A DNA stretch of 64,000 bases from an uncultured Negativicutes bacterium (GTDB lineage: Bacteria; Bacillota; Negativicutes; JBAXTZ01). The notes under the pieces were generated by a model. That model saw nothing but the letters and a program-made list of their open reading frames with translations, ran no database searches and was not told the DNA's origin. The translations under genes and the position numbers were made by a program. This document shows, piece after piece, positions 1 through 10,296 of this stretch; the first letter of the stretch is position 1; every line of letters starts with the position of its first letter. The DNA lies in assembly GCA_963721525.1 (NCBI GenBank), contig CAVRJL010000016.1:32001-96000 (forward strand), read 5' to 3'.

Positions 1-1
1 G

Positions 2-706
2 TTAACAATTAATGTAGGGCACTTCGCTTTACTTTTTACAGCTATAAAGTTAGGTATATTTGCTGGATTATCTGCTGTAATTATGCAAACACAAGTCCTT
101 TTTACAATGTCAATGTCTGTGATATTCTTAAAAGAAAAATGGGATTGGAATAATATAGTTGGATTGATTTTAGGAATATGTGGGATAGCTAGTATAGGTT
201 CTTGTTGCTTTAGTAGGGAAATGATAGGCCCCTTTTTGTTAACTTTATTAGCTGCTTTTTGTTGGGCGTTAGGGAATATAGTTATAAGCTACTGCAGTCA
301 AAATATGGAAAATTTTTCGATGTTTTCTCTAATAACTTGGTCAGGAGCTATAGCAATCTTACCTTTTGCTTTATTATCTTTATATTTAGAAGGCTTCTCT
401 TCATGGGTTTTTACAATAACTACTCATCCATTATCTTTTGCTTTTTCAGTTATTTATTTGTCTAGTTTAGCTACTATGATAGGTTTTGGATTATGGGGTC
501 AGTTACTTAAAAAATATTCTTCTCTTTTAATAACTCCTTTTGCTCTTTTAATACCAATCGTTAGTATAATTAGCTGTAAAGTAATTTTTAGAGAAAAATT
601 ACTTTTTTGGCAAAATATTGGCTGTTTGTTTATATTTTTTGCCTTATTGATAAATATTTTTGGCAGGAAAATAGTAAAGATAATAATAAAAAATAAAAAT
701 TTATAG
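2..706 (+). CDS. EamA/DMT family transporter (cysteine/O-acetylserine exporter-like), 5' truncated by the window
   Basis: Frame open from base 2 (LTINVGHFALLFTAIKLG...AGLSAVIMQTQVLFT); multiple TM helices; motifs AAFCWALGN, GFGLWGQLL, PFALLIP typical of EamA/YdeD. Confidence 0.8.
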   Translation, partial: LTINVGHFALLFTAIKLGIFAGLSAVIMQTQVLFTMSMSVIFLKEKWDWNNIVGLILGICGIASIGSCCFSREMIGPFLLTLLAAFCWALGNIVISYCSQNMENFSMFSLITWSGAIAILPFALLSLYLEGFSSWVFTITTHPLSFAFSVIYLSSLATMIGFGLWGQLLKKYSSLLITPFALLIPIVSIISCKVIFREKLLFWQNIGCLFIFFALLINIFGRKIVKIIIKNKNL

Positions 707-781
707 TTATTCGAAAAAATAATTTTGAAACTTAGTCTTTTCCCCATAGTGAATATTTACTATTAGGTAGTAAATACTCAG

Positions 782-1161
782 TATATAACTACCTCTATTT
801 CTTCAGGTATTGATCTATTTATAGGAACAGATCTTGGTTGAAGTTTTCAACTGCTGGTAGTTGCTACAGACGATAATATGCCGATGGAGTCATAAATGAA
901 TATAAAGGATAGTCTCTTATCCTTGAATATTGGCGCTTATGTCCAACTTTTCCTCATCTACAAGTTAATGCTGACACAATTTTTAGTAATGCTCAAAATA
1001 ATAAAATCCATATTAAAATCCGCTATAATTTAGGGGCCTTACTACAACCAGCGATAGTGATAGAAAATTAACAAAATAAAGCAGTTCCGGTAAATTTAAA
1101 AAACATTAGCTATAAAATGATACAATCTGTACAACGTAACAATTTAATAAATGTGCTATAC
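782..1161 (+). pseudogene. Relic of inverse autotransporter (invasin/intimin-type) beta-barrel domain, C-terminal half
   Basis: Manual translation SSGIDLFIGTDLG / YRR*YADGVINEYKG*SLILEY...IHIKIRYNLG...YKMIQSVQRNNLINV resembles the barrel end motif VxRNNxI; internal stops and a frameshift. Confidence 0.45.
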
Positions 1162-1740
1162 ACCTTCCTAATAATTAATATATTTTTACTACAATAAAAA
1201 AGGATCTACTTCTTTTTTTTATCTCAACTAATTATTGTAACTAGATCAATAGTAAATATTAATGTTATTATAGAAGGAGTATAAAACTATAAGGTAACAA
1301 TGAAGCTAAAATTCAATTATTATGAGAAAAATGAGGAATAAACACAAGTTAAGTATACATATATTTATAAATGTATATACTTATTAATATATATTGTAAG
1401 AGGAGTTCTTGTATATTCAGACATATATTTAAAAATTAGTATTTGCATTAAGACGTATTATAAGCTATAAGATTAGCATAAATTCAAGTTCTACTAATAA
1501 GTACTTTGCCGAAGTGGAACTTATTTTTAGTAGTATTTTTATATACTTTATTCACTTAAAAAAGATGTAATTTTATCTTATTATTCACTTTGCTGAGAAA
1601 GTACTCATAAGAAATACAAACACGATACAAAATTTTTGGGATTAGGAAATAAATTAAAAGCTTTAGAATAAATTCCCTTAAAATAGGTTTTTTAAATTAA
1701 ACACAGTCTTTGAAAATATGTTAAATTTATCCAAAATAAA

Positions 1741-1905
1741 AATAAAACAGAAAAATTAATAAATGAATTATCTAAAATTAAAATAAATTATTTTATGAAA
1801 ACTATGGCAAAGGAATATAAAAATCCGAACGAAGCATTAAAAAATAATAGAGTATAATTTCACTATAATGTACAAGAGATTATAGAAGATATAAAAATGA
1901 AGTAA
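1741..1905 (+). pseudogene. Relic of phage/mobile-element toprim primase C-terminal segment
   Basis: TEKLINELSKIKINYFMKTMAKEYKNPNEALKNNRV*F resembles the toprim YKDPNEAL motif; internal stop, no intact start. Confidence 0.4.
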
Positions 1906-2122
1906 TAGATAAATGTAATTAAATAAAAGAAAACTATCTGCTACAAAATTCAATAAAATGGTATATGCACGAATTTATACTAGAAGCTGAATTATTCTCT
2001 TTAAATAAGATAATTAGAATAGATGATAAAAACCGTAATGTATAATATGTGTTTAATTTGATTTTTTATAAAAACTTCTAAAATATATTGAAAATCGTTG
2101 TTAAAGTAGTATAATAAAGTTG

Positions 2123-2322
2123 AGCCTGACAGAAAGCTTAGGAGAGAGTCCGATGACACAGAATAACTCAAAACTAACATAGTTAGACCAACTCAATGTG
2201 TTTGTAAAATAAACGAGAAGCAATATTAAGAATGGATACTGATGAATGTGTTTAAGAGTGTGGCTGAATAAGCGAGGTTGATGATCGAAATTAAATATCT
2301 TAGTCAAGTTTTCTGTTAGGCT
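2123..2322. mobile_element. MITE-like, internally deleted IS remnant (200 bp)
   Basis: 17-bp terminal inverted repeats agcctgacagaaagctt (2123-2139) and aagttttctgttaggct (2306-2322) with 2 mismatches; RBS-like ggagag + ATG just inside the left end; no intact transposase. Confidence 0.5.
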
Positions 2323-2341
2323 ATTTTAAGTGAATTATTAA

Positions 2342-2386
2342 TAATAGTCCAGATGATAAAAGCTGTTTTTATCGTCTGGACTATTA
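2342..2386. terminator. Long hairpin (20-bp arms, 5-nt loop), probable terminator
   Basis: taatagtccagatgataaaa-gctgt-ttttatcgtctggactatta, one G:U-compatible mismatch. Confidence 0.55.
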
Positions 2387-2968
2387 AATATTTAGAGTAA
2401 TACTAAACAGTATATATATTGATTTGTTAGGGATATAATTAAGTTCGGAATAGCAGCGCAAGCTCCTGGCGATGTACTATGGATAGTCACGCAAGATGAA
2501 ATCAGTAAGACTAGGACTTGAGCGGACTGACAAGCAATATAAAAGCAATAGCAAAGCATGCAAATTCAGAGGAGCATTTCGAGATAGGCAAAACAATCAT
2601 TAGGTAAATTAGAATACAACCCTCGTGCTAACTTGTTTAATGGTTATGGGTTAAATAGACAAGAGACGTCGCTAATTTTAAAATTAAGAAATAAAATTGA
2701 GACTAGAAATACGATACAGATAATGATTTTTGCTATGAGTAAGTATTACTGGGCTTACGGATTATCTATTGACAAAACGTTACACAAATCAATGTTCTAA
2801 AACGACCTATATATGCACCTATATACGCGTTATCGAAAGATTAACTACCAAAACAGTTATGGATAGATCGTTGATTATACGAATGAAGGATGGTTAATGC
2901 TGACAAATACCTATAGGTTAGATTATACATTCGAAGAAATATCTTTAGCAATGAGAATTCAAGAAGGT

Positions 2969-3514
2969 GGTTTGATTTCAAATTGGTTAACTTTTGGAGA
3001 TGTTGCTTATGAGTTTCTAAAAGCGACAGACTTTCGCGAACACTTAGCGAATCTCGTTAACTTCTAGCTTATATGATTGTGTGTGAAAAACATGATAATA
3101 TGCGCGGTATTGTACCAATTGAAGCTGAACTGTTAGCTGTTGACGTAGATAGTACAGCTCAACGATTTTTATTAGGCCATTAGAGTATGAGGCGAACGGT
3201 TAACAAGTTGGATGAATTATGGTTATTGCAAAACTTAGAACGAAATAAGAGAATTAATTGTCGATAGTTATTTCCCTAATAAGAACGGAGAAGCACATTC
3301 AGTAGCTTTGTGTTTTATTGATTCCGGCTTTCGCACTAGACGAAGTATGTGACTTTTTTTATGTACTCAGACGTTTACTATCTATCTAAAGAAGCGCTCA
3401 TCCGTTAAGATAACGATTATTTAGCACATCGAATATCGATAGAATGCTATATACGGAATTAAACTGTATATAATTAATATTTATGTGTTTAAAGATTTCA
3501 TTAATGGAAGATGA
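2969..3514 (+). pseudogene. Phage terminase large subunit (GpA-like) relic
   Basis: Fragments GLISNWLTFGDVAYEFLKATDFREHLANLVNF*L, RGIVPIEAELLAVDVD/VQLNDFY*AIRV*GERLTSW, VALCFIDSGFRT, KLYIINIYVFKDFINGR match GpA nuclease-domain motifs in order; stops and frameshifts. Confidence 0.8.
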
Positions 3515-3738
3515 TATGTTGCTGTAGATTGCGAACAATGAGTAAATGCACAAAATGAAAAAATTATGCCAAAAAATAGACAGAATAAGGGATTAATTAA
3601 TATCAATATTTAATATTTTTTTAATTCATCAGGTTTAATACTTTTTTAATCATATAAAAAATTTTTTAAGATGATTTCCTGCTTAACTTTATTTTTCTCT
3701 GTTTTATTAAAAACTTTTATAATCTTTTATTTTATTTC

Positions 3739-6387
3739 TTATAAAGATTTTTCTTTACTAAGCACTGCTTGTGCTGCTGCTAATTTTGCTATGGGAATTC
3801 TAAAAGGGGAACAAGATATAGAATCTAAGCCAATATCATGACAAAATTGAATTGAATTTGGATCTCCACCATGTTCTCCACAAATTCCTATTTGTAAATT
3901 AGGACGGGTTTTTTTCCCTTTTTCAGTTGCTATTTTCATTAATTGGCCAACCCCTTTACGATCTAAGGTTATGAAGGGATTTTCTTTAAATATTTTTTTA
4001 TTTATGTAATCATTCATGAATTTTCCTTCAGCATCGTCTCTACTAAATCCTAAAGTTGTTTGTGTTAAATCATTTGTACCAAAACTAAAAAAATCGGAAA
4101 CTTCAGCGAGTTCATCTGCTAAAAGTGCAGCTCTAGGTAATTCAATCATTGTACCTACTTTATAAGTAAATTTAATTGAGTTTTCTTCTTGAATTTTTTT
4201 TGCAATAATATTGATTTTTTCTTTAAAAAAAATCATTTCATTAATGTCAATAGTTAAAGGTATTTCGATTTCAGGATAAGGATAAAATCCTTCTTTTTTT
4301 AAAAGTGCTGTAGCATTAAAAATAGCTTGAACTTGCATTTCATAAATTTCAGGCCAACTGATTCCTAAGCGACATCCCCTATGGCCTAACATTGGATTAT
4401 TTTCTTGTATAGATTGTATTTTCTCCCATAATTTTTCTAAAATGGGTAATTTTTCTTTGTTTTTACTTGTTTCACGAATTAAAGCGATTTCTATTATAAC
4501 ATCATCATAGCGAGGTAAAAATTCGTGTAATGGGGGATCCAGTAACCTTATACATACAGGATAACCGTCCATTATCTTTAGTATATTATAAAAATCATTT
4601 TCTTGAAAAGATAAAAGCTTTGCTAGCGCTTGTAAACGTTGTGTTGAGTTTTCGGCCAGTATCATTTCTTGAATATAAGGTAGACGCTCTGCTCCTAAAA
4701 ACATGTGCTCAGTACGAGTAAGCCCAATACCTATAGCACCAAATTCACGAGCTTTTAAAGCATCTTCAGGTGTATCCGCATTAGCTCGTATTTGTAGAGT
4801 TCTTATACTATCTGCCCAACTGAGAATTTTTAAACATTCAGGAGAAAACTTAGATTTGATTAAAGGTAAATTTCCCATAATAACTTTTCCGCTAGTACCA
4901 TCAATGGTTAGCATTTCCCCTTCTTTTATTATATAATTACCTATATATAATACCTTTTTTTCTATATCTATGGATAATGATTCGCAACCGCATACACAAG
5001 GTTTTCCCATACCTCTTGCCACCACTGCTGCATGTGAAGTCATTCCCCCATGAATAGTAAGTATTCCTTCGGCTGCATGCATCCCATGTATATCATCCGG
5101 ATTTGTTTCTTTGCTTACAAATATTGTTTTTATATCTCTTTCAGCCATAATTTTTGCCTCATCAGCAGAAAAAATAACTTTACCACATGCGGATCCTGGA
5201 GAAGCTGGCAATCCTATTGCAATAGGATTTATTTTTACTGAAGGGTCAAGTTGAGGATGTAAGAGCTGGTCAAGTTGATTAGGTTTAATTGAAAGTAAGG
5301 CTTCTTCTTTTGTAATTATTCCTTCTTTTTGTAAATCGTAAGCAGTTTTAATAGTAGCATGAGCACTCATTTTTCCATTTCTTGTTTGTAAAAGAAAAAG
5401 ATTTCCTTTTTCTATTGTAAATTCAATATCTTGAACATTTTTATAATATTTTTCCAATTTTTTTGCAATTTCCAAAAGTTCTTCATAAATTTGTGGCATA
5501 TCTATATTTAAGTCATTTATTTTTTTAGGAGTTCGTATACCAGCAACAACGTCTTCACCTTGAGCATTAAATAAGTATTCTCCATATAATGTGTTTTGTC
5601 CGTTGGATGGATTACGAGTAAAAGCAACTCCTGTGCCGGAATCGTTTCCCATATTACCAAATACCATTGTTTGTATATTTATTGCTGTACCTAAATTGTG
5701 ATCGATTTTATTAAGATTACGGTATATAATTGCTCGTTCATTATTCCAAGAATCAAATACTGCCTCAATTGCTAATTTTAATTGTTCTATAGGGTCATTA
5801 GGAAAATGTTTCCCCGTACATTTAAAAACGTGATTTTTGTAAATTTTTATTATTTTGCATAATGCTTTTTCGCTTAATTGTTGATCATAAGTTACGTTTT
5901 CTTGTTTTTTTGTATTCTCTAGTATATTTTCGAAATCATTTTTTGATATATTAAAAACAATATTAGAAAACATTTGAATAAATCTTCTATAGCAATCTAA
6001 CGCAAACCAACGATTGTTAGTTTGTTTTATTAAGCCTTTCACTGTTTTAGAGTTTATACCCAAATTTAAAATAGTATCCATCATACCCGGCATTGAAAAA
6101 ACAGATCCCGAGCGTACGGACAATAATAAAGGATTTTCAAAGTCGCCAAATACCTTATTAGTTTGTTTTTCAATAATTTGTAAATTTGCTTTAATTTCTG
6201 AAAGCAAATCAGCCGATAACTTGCAGTTCATAGAGTTATACTTATGGCAAGCTTCAGTAGTAACTATAAATCCAGGAGGTACTGGCAAACCGATTTTAGT
6301 CATTTCTGCCAAATTAGCTCCTTTGCTGCCCAATAAAGTTCGCATTTTTTTATTCCCTTCACGAAATAGATAAACATGTTTTGCCAT
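3739..6387 (-). CDS. ppdK: Pyruvate phosphate dikinase
   Basis: 882 aa; GxKGANLAEM, LLSVRSG, GGMTSHAAVVARG phospho-His motif, FSFGTNDLTQ, GICGEHGG. Confidence 0.98.
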   Translation of the reverse strand: MAKHVYLFREGNKKMRTLLGSKGANLAEMTKIGLPVPPGFIVTTEACHKYNSMNCKLSADLLSEIKANLQIIEKQTNKVFGDFENPLLLSVRSGSVFSMPGMMDTILNLGINSKTVKGLIKQTNNRWFALDCYRRFIQMFSNIVFNISKNDFENILENTKKQENVTYDQQLSEKALCKIIKIYKNHVFKCTGKHFPNDPIEQLKLAIEAVFDSWNNERAIIYRNLNKIDHNLGTAINIQTMVFGNMGNDSGTGVAFTRNPSNGQNTLYGEYLFNAQGEDVVAGIRTPKKINDLNIDMPQIYEELLEIAKKLEKYYKNVQDIEFTIEKGNLFLLQTRNGKMSAHATIKTAYDLQKEGIITKEEALLSIKPNQLDQLLHPQLDPSVKINPIAIGLPASPGSACGKVIFSADEAKIMAERDIKTIFVSKETNPDDIHGMHAAEGILTIHGGMTSHAAVVARGMGKPCVCGCESLSIDIEKKVLYIGNYIIKEGEMLTIDGTSGKVIMGNLPLIKSKFSPECLKILSWADSIRTLQIRANADTPEDALKAREFGAIGIGLTRTEHMFLGAERLPYIQEMILAENSTQRLQALAKLLSFQENDFYNILKIMDGYPVCIRLLDPPLHEFLPRYDDVIIEIALIRETSKNKEKLPILEKLWEKIQSIQENNPMLGHRGCRLGISWPEIYEMQVQAIFNATALLKKEGFYPYPEIEIPLTIDINEMIFFKEKINIIAKKIQEENSIKFTYKVGTMIELPRAALLADELAEVSDFFSFGTNDLTQTTLGFSRDDAEGKFMNDYINKKIFKENPFITLDRKGVGQLMKIATEKGKKTRPNLQIGICGEHGGDPNSIQFCHDIGLDSISCSPFRIPIAKLAAAQAVLSKEKSL

Positions 6388-7162
6388 TTCTTAACCCCTT
6401 TATATTTTTACAAATTTTAAATGATATAAGTTAGTTGTAATTATATATAAAAAAATATTTGTATAGCAAGTTTTTATTGAAATTATCTTCCCCTATATTA
6501 AAAATAAAAAAATATATTTATAAATTAATTAATGATAGCACAACGTTTAAATTTTACATTATAGGCAAATAGAAAACTTATTGTGCTTATAATGTAAAAT
6601 TTCCATATGATTTTGAAAAAAATAAAATAAGCTATCATACGGATATAGGTTTTATAAAAAAGTTCTTTATGATTAATTTGGAAACTCTAATTTATTTTAG
6701 AAAGAAACTCGGACATTTCGGATATTAATGTTGATAAACGTAAACTTCCTTCTATTTTCTATTGTCAAAAAAGACCTTTTATCACATATTGAAATTGAAG
6801 TACCCATACTTTTTTAAGAGTTAAAAATAAAAATTGCCGGTACAAATAATATAATGGCATTTTCAAATATTTGATATTTTGTAGTATATTAAATCGTTGA
6901 AATAGTGAAGCAATTCTGTTAAAATAACAAGAGGTAAAAATGTTTTTAAAAAAACTATACTTTGAAAAATAATTAAAATTTATAGATTTTAGCGTAGTAT
7001 TTATTGAAAATTGTAGAAAAATAGGATATTATTTATAAATCATAATTTTTAATAAGTATTATAGTTTGCTAATTATTTATTTATCGTTGCTGTGTATGTC
7101 AAAAAACATTTTATCGTACATTTGGTTTTTATTTTTAAATTATTCTAAAATAGGAGTTGTTT

Positions 7163-7645
7163 ATGAAAAAAATATCATTGGTTTTACTAAGTTTCATATT
7201 TATTTTTACCGTTGCTGGTTGTGGGAAAACACAAGTAGGAATAGTTGACCAAGGAAAAATAATGAAAAATAGTGAGCACATGAAGCGAATTGGAGAGGAA
7301 TTTAGAAAAAAAGCTACAGATTTACAGGAAGAAGAATATAAAGCACGCCAAATGATAAAAGATGAAATTTCTAAACAGAAGAAAAATCAGGAAATTAGAA
7401 GTAAATGGGAAAAATTACAGAGCGAGACACAACAAAAAGTATTTACAGAATTAAAAGCAGCTGTACAAACTATTGCTAAAGAAAAGGGGTTAGACATAGT
7501 TGCTGAAAACATGGTTATTTATACAACTGGAACAGATATCACAGACGAGGTTGTTAAAAGACTAGATGTAAATATTCAATCACAATTTCAATCTAAAGTT
7601 AAACCTAAAGAAGTACTCCCCGAAGGGAAAAAAGAGGAGATCTAA
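7163..7645 (+). CDS. OmpH/Skp periplasmic chaperone with lipoprotein-type signal
   Basis: RBS aggag; lipobox VAGC; VGIVD, coiled-coil middle, AKEKGLDIV and DITDEVVKRL motifs. Confidence 0.85.
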   Translation: MKKISLVLLSFIFIFTVAGCGKTQVGIVDQGKIMKNSEHMKRIGEEFRKKATDLQEEEYKARQMIKDEISKQKKNQEIRSKWEKLQSETQQKVFTELKAAVQTIAKEKGLDIVAENMVIYTTGTDITDEVVKRLDVNIQSQFQSKVKPKEVLPEGKKEEI

Positions 7646-7869
7646 GCAGAATAAAAAGTAATTATAATAAATAAAGTTGTTTATAGTGCTGTTTGTGGTA
7701 ACAAGAAGAGATTAAGCAGAGGATATTAGTTGAGTAAAATTAGGAATGCGCAGTAAGCTGAGAATATTTAAAGTTTCAATTACAGTGGGGTTTTCGAAAT
7801 TTAGAGTAGTTATTTGATTTAACTTTACCGTAAAATTGAATTGTATGACAGCTGTTGATTAAAAAAACG

Positions 7870-8042
7870 AAAGGCAATAGGTAATAATTTAAGAATCTTA
7901 TTCAGTAATTAGTTTTAATGTTTGAATAGGAAATAATATGATAATGAAACTTCATATGTAATTTTCTCAGGATTCGGGGTTTATTATGGTAGACAATAAA
8001 GTTGTAATCGGAAGTTTTACAAGTATTCATCAATTATATTAA
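7870..8042 (+). pseudogene. lpxA: Relic of UDP-N-acetylglucosamine acyltransferase LpxA
   Basis: Fragments KAIGNNLRILF, IGNNMIM and SGFIMVDNKVVIGSFTSIHQL (aligns to the LpxA motif AGHVxVxDxAxIGGxxxxHQF); position downstream of ompH as in Negativicutes outer-membrane clusters. Confidence 0.5.
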
Positions 8043-8189
8043 CAAAATCCATAATAAATGATGTTTAGTAAAAAATAAAGGGCTTGTGTTGTTGCGTTAT
8101 TTTTAAATGATGTAATAATGCTGAGCACTTTATTTTTTTGTATTATACCTCTCAGATAAATATCTATAATTAAGAGAAGTAAAGAGGGC

Positions 8190-8214
8190 TTTCACAAACT
8201 TTAAGTTTGTGAAA
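8190..8214. promoter_or_regulatory. Perfect inverted repeat upstream of permease (operator-like)
   Basis: tttcacaaactt-t-aagtttgtgaaa, 12-bp arms. Confidence 0.4.
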
Positions 8215-8247
8215 ATAGAGAAAAAAGTGGAATTGGAGGTAAAATTT

Positions 8248-9660
8248 ATGGGATTAATTATTGAAGAAAAACAGCTTAGGCGAGGATTAAAAAACCGTCA
8301 TATTCAATTTATAGCTTTAGGATTCATTATTGATAGCGGGTACTTTCTTGGTAATAGTTATGCTATTGAAAAAGCAGGACCGTTATCTATTTTAGGGTAT
8401 TTACTCGGAGGAATAATTGTCATGATGGTTATGCTTTGCTATCGTGAGCTTATGATATACAAACCTATTACTGGTTCATTTATCACTTATACTAAGGAAT
8501 TGGTATCGTCAACATGGGCGTGTGGTATTGGTTGGTGCTATTGGTTACAATGCGTTACCCCGTCTGAACCAATAGCTGCCGGTATGATTATGAACTTATT
8601 TATGCCTCGAATTGGAACGGTATGGTGGGCTGTATTTTTTTGTTTATTTGTTACAATTTTAAATTTATTTAAAGTGGAAGCTTTTGGAGAAGCTGAATTT
8701 TGGCTTTCTTTAACAAAAGTTGGAGCAATTATAGTTTTTAGTATTCTATCTGTATTTATTGGTTTAGGCTGGATTGGGGCTCAAGGTTATATAGGTATAA
8801 AATTACTTTTAGGAGACGGTGGTTTTGCTCCTAAAGGTTGGTTTTCTGTTTTTCTTGTTATGATGATAGTATTAGGAAATTATCAAGGAGCTGAAACTAT
8901 AGGATTAACTGCAGGCGAAAGTAAAAATCCACAAAAATCCTTACCAAAAGCTATTAAAAATGTAACTAATACTATTATAGGATTATATACCATACCTATA
9001 TTTTTATTATTAGTCATTTTCCCTTGGAGACAAGCTGCAATTTCAGAAAACGCTTTTAGTGAAGCGCTTGTAATTCATGGTTTCAGGTGGTTGGGTAGCG
9101 GTATTTCTTTTATTATTTTGATTACAGCTTTATCTGCAGCAAATAGTGATATGTATGCTTGTTCAAGGATATTATATTCTTTGCAAAAAGAAGGATTTGC
9201 TCCAAAATTTTTAGGGAAATTAAATATTAAAAATGTTCCACAAAATGCTACTATTATGTCTAATATAATAGCTTGGGTTTTTTTGGTGTTTTATGTATTA
9301 GATAAAAGTGGATTATTTTATGAACATCTCCTTTTATTAAGTGGATTTGCTGGAGAAATTGTGTGGATAAGCATTTGCATTGCCCAATTTCGTTTTCGTA
9401 AGAAGTACATAGCTTCAGGGCACAATATAGAAAAATTAAGAAACAAAACTCCCTATTTCCCATATCTTACATGGTTAGCAATACTAACACAGGCTGTTTG
9501 TTTATTAGCTATGCTTTTTTCTCAAGAAATGAGAGATACTTTAATTTTTGGAATGCTTACTATTTTATTAAGTTCATTAATTTATTATGGATACAAAAAA
9601 AAATGGGGAACTAGATTAGCGGCCATCATCAATACTATACTATTTTTTAATTTTAATTAA
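8248..9660 (+). CDS. Amino acid permease (APC superfamily, AAT/LysP-RocE-like)
   Basis: LRRGLKNRHIQFIALG, FGEAEFW, GLTAGESKNP, SAANSDMYACSRILYSL; RBS ggaggt before ATG 8248. Confidence 0.92.
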   Translation: MGLIIEEKQLRRGLKNRHIQFIALGFIIDSGYFLGNSYAIEKAGPLSILGYLLGGIIVMMVMLCYRELMIYKPITGSFITYTKELVSSTWACGIGWCYWLQCVTPSEPIAAGMIMNLFMPRIGTVWWAVFFCLFVTILNLFKVEAFGEAEFWLSLTKVGAIIVFSILSVFIGLGWIGAQGYIGIKLLLGDGGFAPKGWFSVFLVMMIVLGNYQGAETIGLTAGESKNPQKSLPKAIKNVTNTIIGLYTIPIFLLLVIFPWRQAAISENAFSEALVIHGFRWLGSGISFIILITALSAANSDMYACSRILYSLQKEGFAPKFLGKLNIKNVPQNATIMSNIIAWVFLVFYVLDKSGLFYEHLLLLSGFAGEIVWISICIAQFRFRKKYIASGHNIEKLRNKTPYFPYLTWLAILTQAVCLLAMLFSQEMRDTLIFGMLTILLSSLIYYGYKKKWGTRLAAIINTILFFNFN

Positions 9661-9707
9661 TAATTTAGTGTAAGCTATATAGAAACTATAAAATATAGAA
9701 TTAATAG

Positions 9708-10268
9708 TTAGTTTTTATTAAATTTATGCATGTTTTTTTGGATATCATTTTCAAGCCAAAAAAAAGCTATTTCTGTAGAAAGTTTTAAGGTGGGTTGTAA
9801 TTTTTTCCACTCTTCTTTGTTAAAGCGACTTAATACCCAATTAGAGGTATTCCACTCTAAAGGAGCTTTCCCTATACCTATTTTCAGGCGTGGAAATTGG
9901 TCGCCAATATGTGAAATAATTGATTTTAAACCATTATGTCCGCCTGAAGAACCATGCGAACGAATTTTTATTTTACCTAAAGGTAAATCAAGATCATCAT
10001 AAATGATTAATACATCTTGAGATTTAATTTTATAAAAATTCATAATGTCATTAACGGCTTCCCCACTATAATTCATAAATGTTTGTGGTTTCAATAGTAA
10101 AACTTTTTCATTTCTGTTAAATATTTCTGCAACTAGGCTTTTATTTTTTTTAATCCAATTAACACAAAGATTATCAATAATTAAGTCAAGCACTATGAAT
10201 CCTAAATTATGTTTTGTATATTTATAATGTATTCCAGGATTACCAAGTCCGACTATTAACTTTGGCAT
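9708..10268 (-). CDS. pth: Peptidyl-tRNA hydrolase
   Basis: LIVGLGNPG, TKHNLGF, KPQTFMNYSG, GSSGGHNGLKSI. Confidence 0.97.
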   Translation of the reverse strand: MPKLIVGLGNPGIHYKYTKHNLGFIVLDLIIDNLCVNWIKKNKSLVAEIFNRNEKVLLLKPQTFMNYSGEAVNDIMNFYKIKSQDVLIIYDDLDLPLGKIKIRSHGSSGGHNGLKSIISHIGDQFPRLKIGIGKAPLEWNTSNWVLSRFNKEEWKKLQPTLKLSTEIAFFWLENDIQKNMHKFNKN

Positions 10269-10296
10269 ATTTATACCTCTTAATAAAAATTGAAAA

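Noticed and set aside
2969-3514. Stop-codon reassignment suggested by stops at Trp positions in the terminase
   Set aside because: Both TAG and TGA occur, frameshifts are also present, and intact genes use TGG for Trp and end normally at TAA/TAG/TGA
6400-7150. Spacer between ppdK and ompH as a relic of the PPDK regulator or bamA
   Set aside because: Only an RBS + ATG near 6940 and ambiguous fragments; no motif I can support
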